Source: Scyliorhinus canicula (Eukaryota). From it: a DNA stretch of 64,000 bases. Below, piece by piece: positions 61,150 through 64,000 of this stretch (position 1 is the first letter of the stretch; the number at the start of each line of letters is the position of its first letter). Location of the stretch: the NCBI RefSeq assembly GCF_902713615.1, contig NW_024056010.1, positions 882,378 to 946,377 on the forward strand, read 5' to 3'. The position numbers were made by a program, and so were the translations under genes. The notes beneath the pieces were generated by a model. It saw only the letters and a list, made by a program, of their open reading frames with translations, had not been told where the DNA came from and ran no database searches.

Positions 61150-62040
61150 TAACATTCGCCAGGGAAGTGCTGAAGAATGACCATCTCCACCAAAATAGAA
61201 TCTAACAATCTCTCCTTGACATTCAATGATATTGTCATCGCTGAATCCCCAATTATCAATACCCTGGGGTTACCATTGACCAGAAACTGTCCTGGACTGA
61301 CCATATAAATGCTGAGGTGACATGATCTGGTCAGGGTCTAGGGAATCTGTGGCGAGTAGCTCACTCATGACTCCCAAAGCCTGTTCATCATCTATAAGGC
61401 ATAAGTCAGGAGTGTAATTGAATACTCTCCAGTTGCCTGGCTGGGTGCAGCTCCAACAACATTGAAGAAGCTTGACACCATCCAGGTCAAAGCAGCCCGC
61501 TTGATTGTCACCCTATGTGCAAACACTCTTATGATGGACATGGCTAGAATGGATGGCAGGAACTCATTCCCAGGGTGGCGAATTCCCAGGTAGCATAGGA
61601 TTAAGGTCCATGCGGCAAAGTTTAGAGGAGATTTAGTGGGAGGCAAGGTTCCATCCACCACCGTTGAACAATGACAATAATTTACCATCCGCAAGATGCA
61701 CCACAGAAACCCATCAAGTCTCCTTTGAAACACCTTCTAAATCCAGGCCCATTGCCTTCTAGAAGGAAAAGGCAGCTGACACATGGAAAGATCACCACCT
61801 GGAAATTCCCCTCCAAATCACTCACTATCCTGACTTGGAAATATATCGCAGCATCTTCGGTGTCGCTGGTTCGAATGACTATAACTCCCTCCCTAACAGC
61901 ACCGTCGGTGTACCGACACCAGAGTGACTGCGGAGGTTCAAATAGGTAGCACATCACCACTTTGTGAAAGACAATTAGCGATGGACAATAAATCATGGCC
62001 CAGCTAGCGACACCCGCACCATATAACTTAATTTAAAACT
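61150..62040 (+). mobile_element. CR1/L2-type LINE 3' fragment
   Basis: accattgaccagaaactg and KKLDTIQVKAARLI motifs. Confidence 0.7.
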
Positions 62041-62329
62041 GTATTAATTTTTGTGAAACGACGGTAATTGGTGAATTCAATTATTTATATTCATAATTGA
62101 ATGAAGATTGATGAATATAATTACTGTGTTTCTGAACATTTGTGGCCTTCTCCTTCTCTGATGGAAGATATAAACCATCCCACAGGAGATTCATGATGCA
62201 AAATCATAACCAATACCTGAAAACAAAGTGGACAGAGGAAACTGCAGCAACTATTGAATTATCTCACGCATAGCAGCACTGGGAAGGCCATTGCTAGCTT
62301 CACACTTTAAATACATCATCTGCTTGCAG

Positions 62330-63000
62330 GCTGAATGTAGCTGGAAGCAAGGTGCGGTGTCTGTGTCGCAAGATTTACTCTGGGCGTGATCTGTTCCCTA
62401 TACCACAACTCTACCTCTTCACCTTGCTTTCATCAACATCAATAAACATTCGTCAGCAGAGCAGAGACTATAGGTTTTGGGGATAATTGGCTGTCTGCTA
62501 AAGCTCCCTTGTCTCATTCACTTCTTCCATGGCAAAATGCACTGCATTGTACAGATTGACGATTCCACTTCCGACAGATTCTAAGTGAATAATTGAGTGA
62601 AAGAGGACCGTGTGATTTACCCAACTCTATTCGGGAGCTTTCTCTTCAAGCTGCTGATCTTTGCCTTCCCTGAAGATATGGATGAAGTCCACTAGCACAC
62701 TCCGTCAGGCTGCAACCCCTACAACCTTTCAGTCATCAAAACGGGGACAAAATCACAATGCATCCGCATCACAGAATTCCTCCACGCTGAAAATTCTATC
62801 ATCCAAACAAAACCTCATCCAGAGAGACTCATGGACTCTGTCCCCAATGCCTGTAACTTGTTCTTCCTTGCCATAAGCATGAGGAAAACAGTGATCATGG
62901 ACAAGGTGTTGCACTTTCAGCCTTGATGTAGAACATGATGCTGACATGGGGAAAGCAGGTACTACCTTTGTTTGACTCATTAAAATGTCCATGGAATAAC
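62330..63000 (+). mobile_element. Degenerate RTE-clade LINE RT fragment
   Basis: Remnants of QRLMDSVPNACNLFFLAISMRKTVIM and the adjacent RT motifs. Confidence 0.6.
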
Positions 63001-63054
63001 ATCAAGCTTTGGAATGAGCTAATGGTTTATAAGGCCTAAACTCTCAGAACCTTA

Positions 63055-63395
63055 GGCCAGCAAGTTAGAACAGTGGCAAGCACAGTTGCTCCATAGCTTC
63101 AGGGTCACCGGTTCAATTTCTGCCTTGGGTCACTGTGCAGAGTCTGCAAATTCTCTCCGTGTCTGTGTGGGTTCCTCCGGGTGCTCCGGTTTCCTCCCAC
63201 AGTCCTAAGATGTCCAGGATAGGTGGATTGGCTATGCTAAATTACTATTAGCATCCATAAAAGGTCAGATGGTATTACAGAGATAGGGTGGAGATGTGGG
63301 GATAGGGTGGAAGTACGGGTTAGGTAGGATGCTGTCTCCAAGGGACTTGATGGGCCGAATAGCCTCCTTCTGCACTGTAAATTCTATGATTCTAT
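63055..63395 (+). mobile_element. V-SINE (HE1-like)
   Basis: Core and tail. Confidence 0.88.
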
Positions 63396-64000
63396 GAATC
63401 TTGTCGTATGTCTGTGAAACAAGGAACACTTGCAGCTGTCAAGAAAAATAGCTCAAAAAATGTCATCTTTGTTGTCCGCAGTGCATTATGGATATTTACT
63501 GGCAGGACAAAATCAGAAATGCAGCAGTTCTCTCAAAGACAGAGCTTCCAAGTCCCTTCAAAACAATCAAAAAAGGTGGTTTGCACGGTTCTAGTGTGGT
63601 CTCCAAATGGAAGATGGCCACATGAATTTCCACTTCGCGAAGCAGCCGGAGCCACGCATCCAGTGGGGAGCCAAATATTCCACTTCAAGGTTTCTTCTAA
63701 GTTTGACATAATGTCCCTAAACCGAGATATTGAGCATCGCAATTGGGTGTCACCAGCAGCAAACGGAAAACATGGCGGCACTTCCGGTGGGCTGGTGTGA
63801 GCCACCAGGACCAGGTAATTTAGCAGCTTTGACATTGACAAACCGAGAATATGAAAACCCAGAACGACAATTGGGAGCTTCATGTGCAACACTTGTCTCG
63901 AAATCAGTGGATATTTGTTGGTTATCTATTGGAAATTGAAGGATGCCTGTGACCTGAATGACATTCAGTTGTACACAGCATGGGTGCTTTCGCACACACA

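Overview
Vertebrate genomic DNA from a cartilaginous fish. The shark-type Ig cluster and the SINE/LINE content point to this; a catshark-like species is an inference. The right half (about 30.3-57.4 kb, minus strand) holds one complete, unrearranged, apparently intact IgM heavy-chain minilocus: leader, VH(23-RSS), (12)D1(22), (12)D2(12), (23)JH, a 16.9-kb J-C intron, Cmu1-4 with secretory tail, TM1 and TM2. The J-C intron is swollen by tandem arrays. Just upstream of Cmu1 lie a purine/G-rich non-template 20-mer array and a 24-copy 29-mer carrying two AGCT per unit, together resembling a tetrapod switch region in position and composition; this is the most interesting candidate. The intron also holds a diverged ~620-bp duplication 3' of JH, a J-like relic with an off-spacing RSS, a Gag-like relic and a minimal hammerhead ribozyme. 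The left half is a C2H2 zinc-finger gene neighbourhood (one ORF truncated by a SINE, one pseudogene, repeated promoter cassettes). At 18.65-29.87 kb is a five-tier nested retrotransposon stack (CR1 > Rex1-like > L1 > CR1 > near full-length L1) with a target-site duplication visible at every level.
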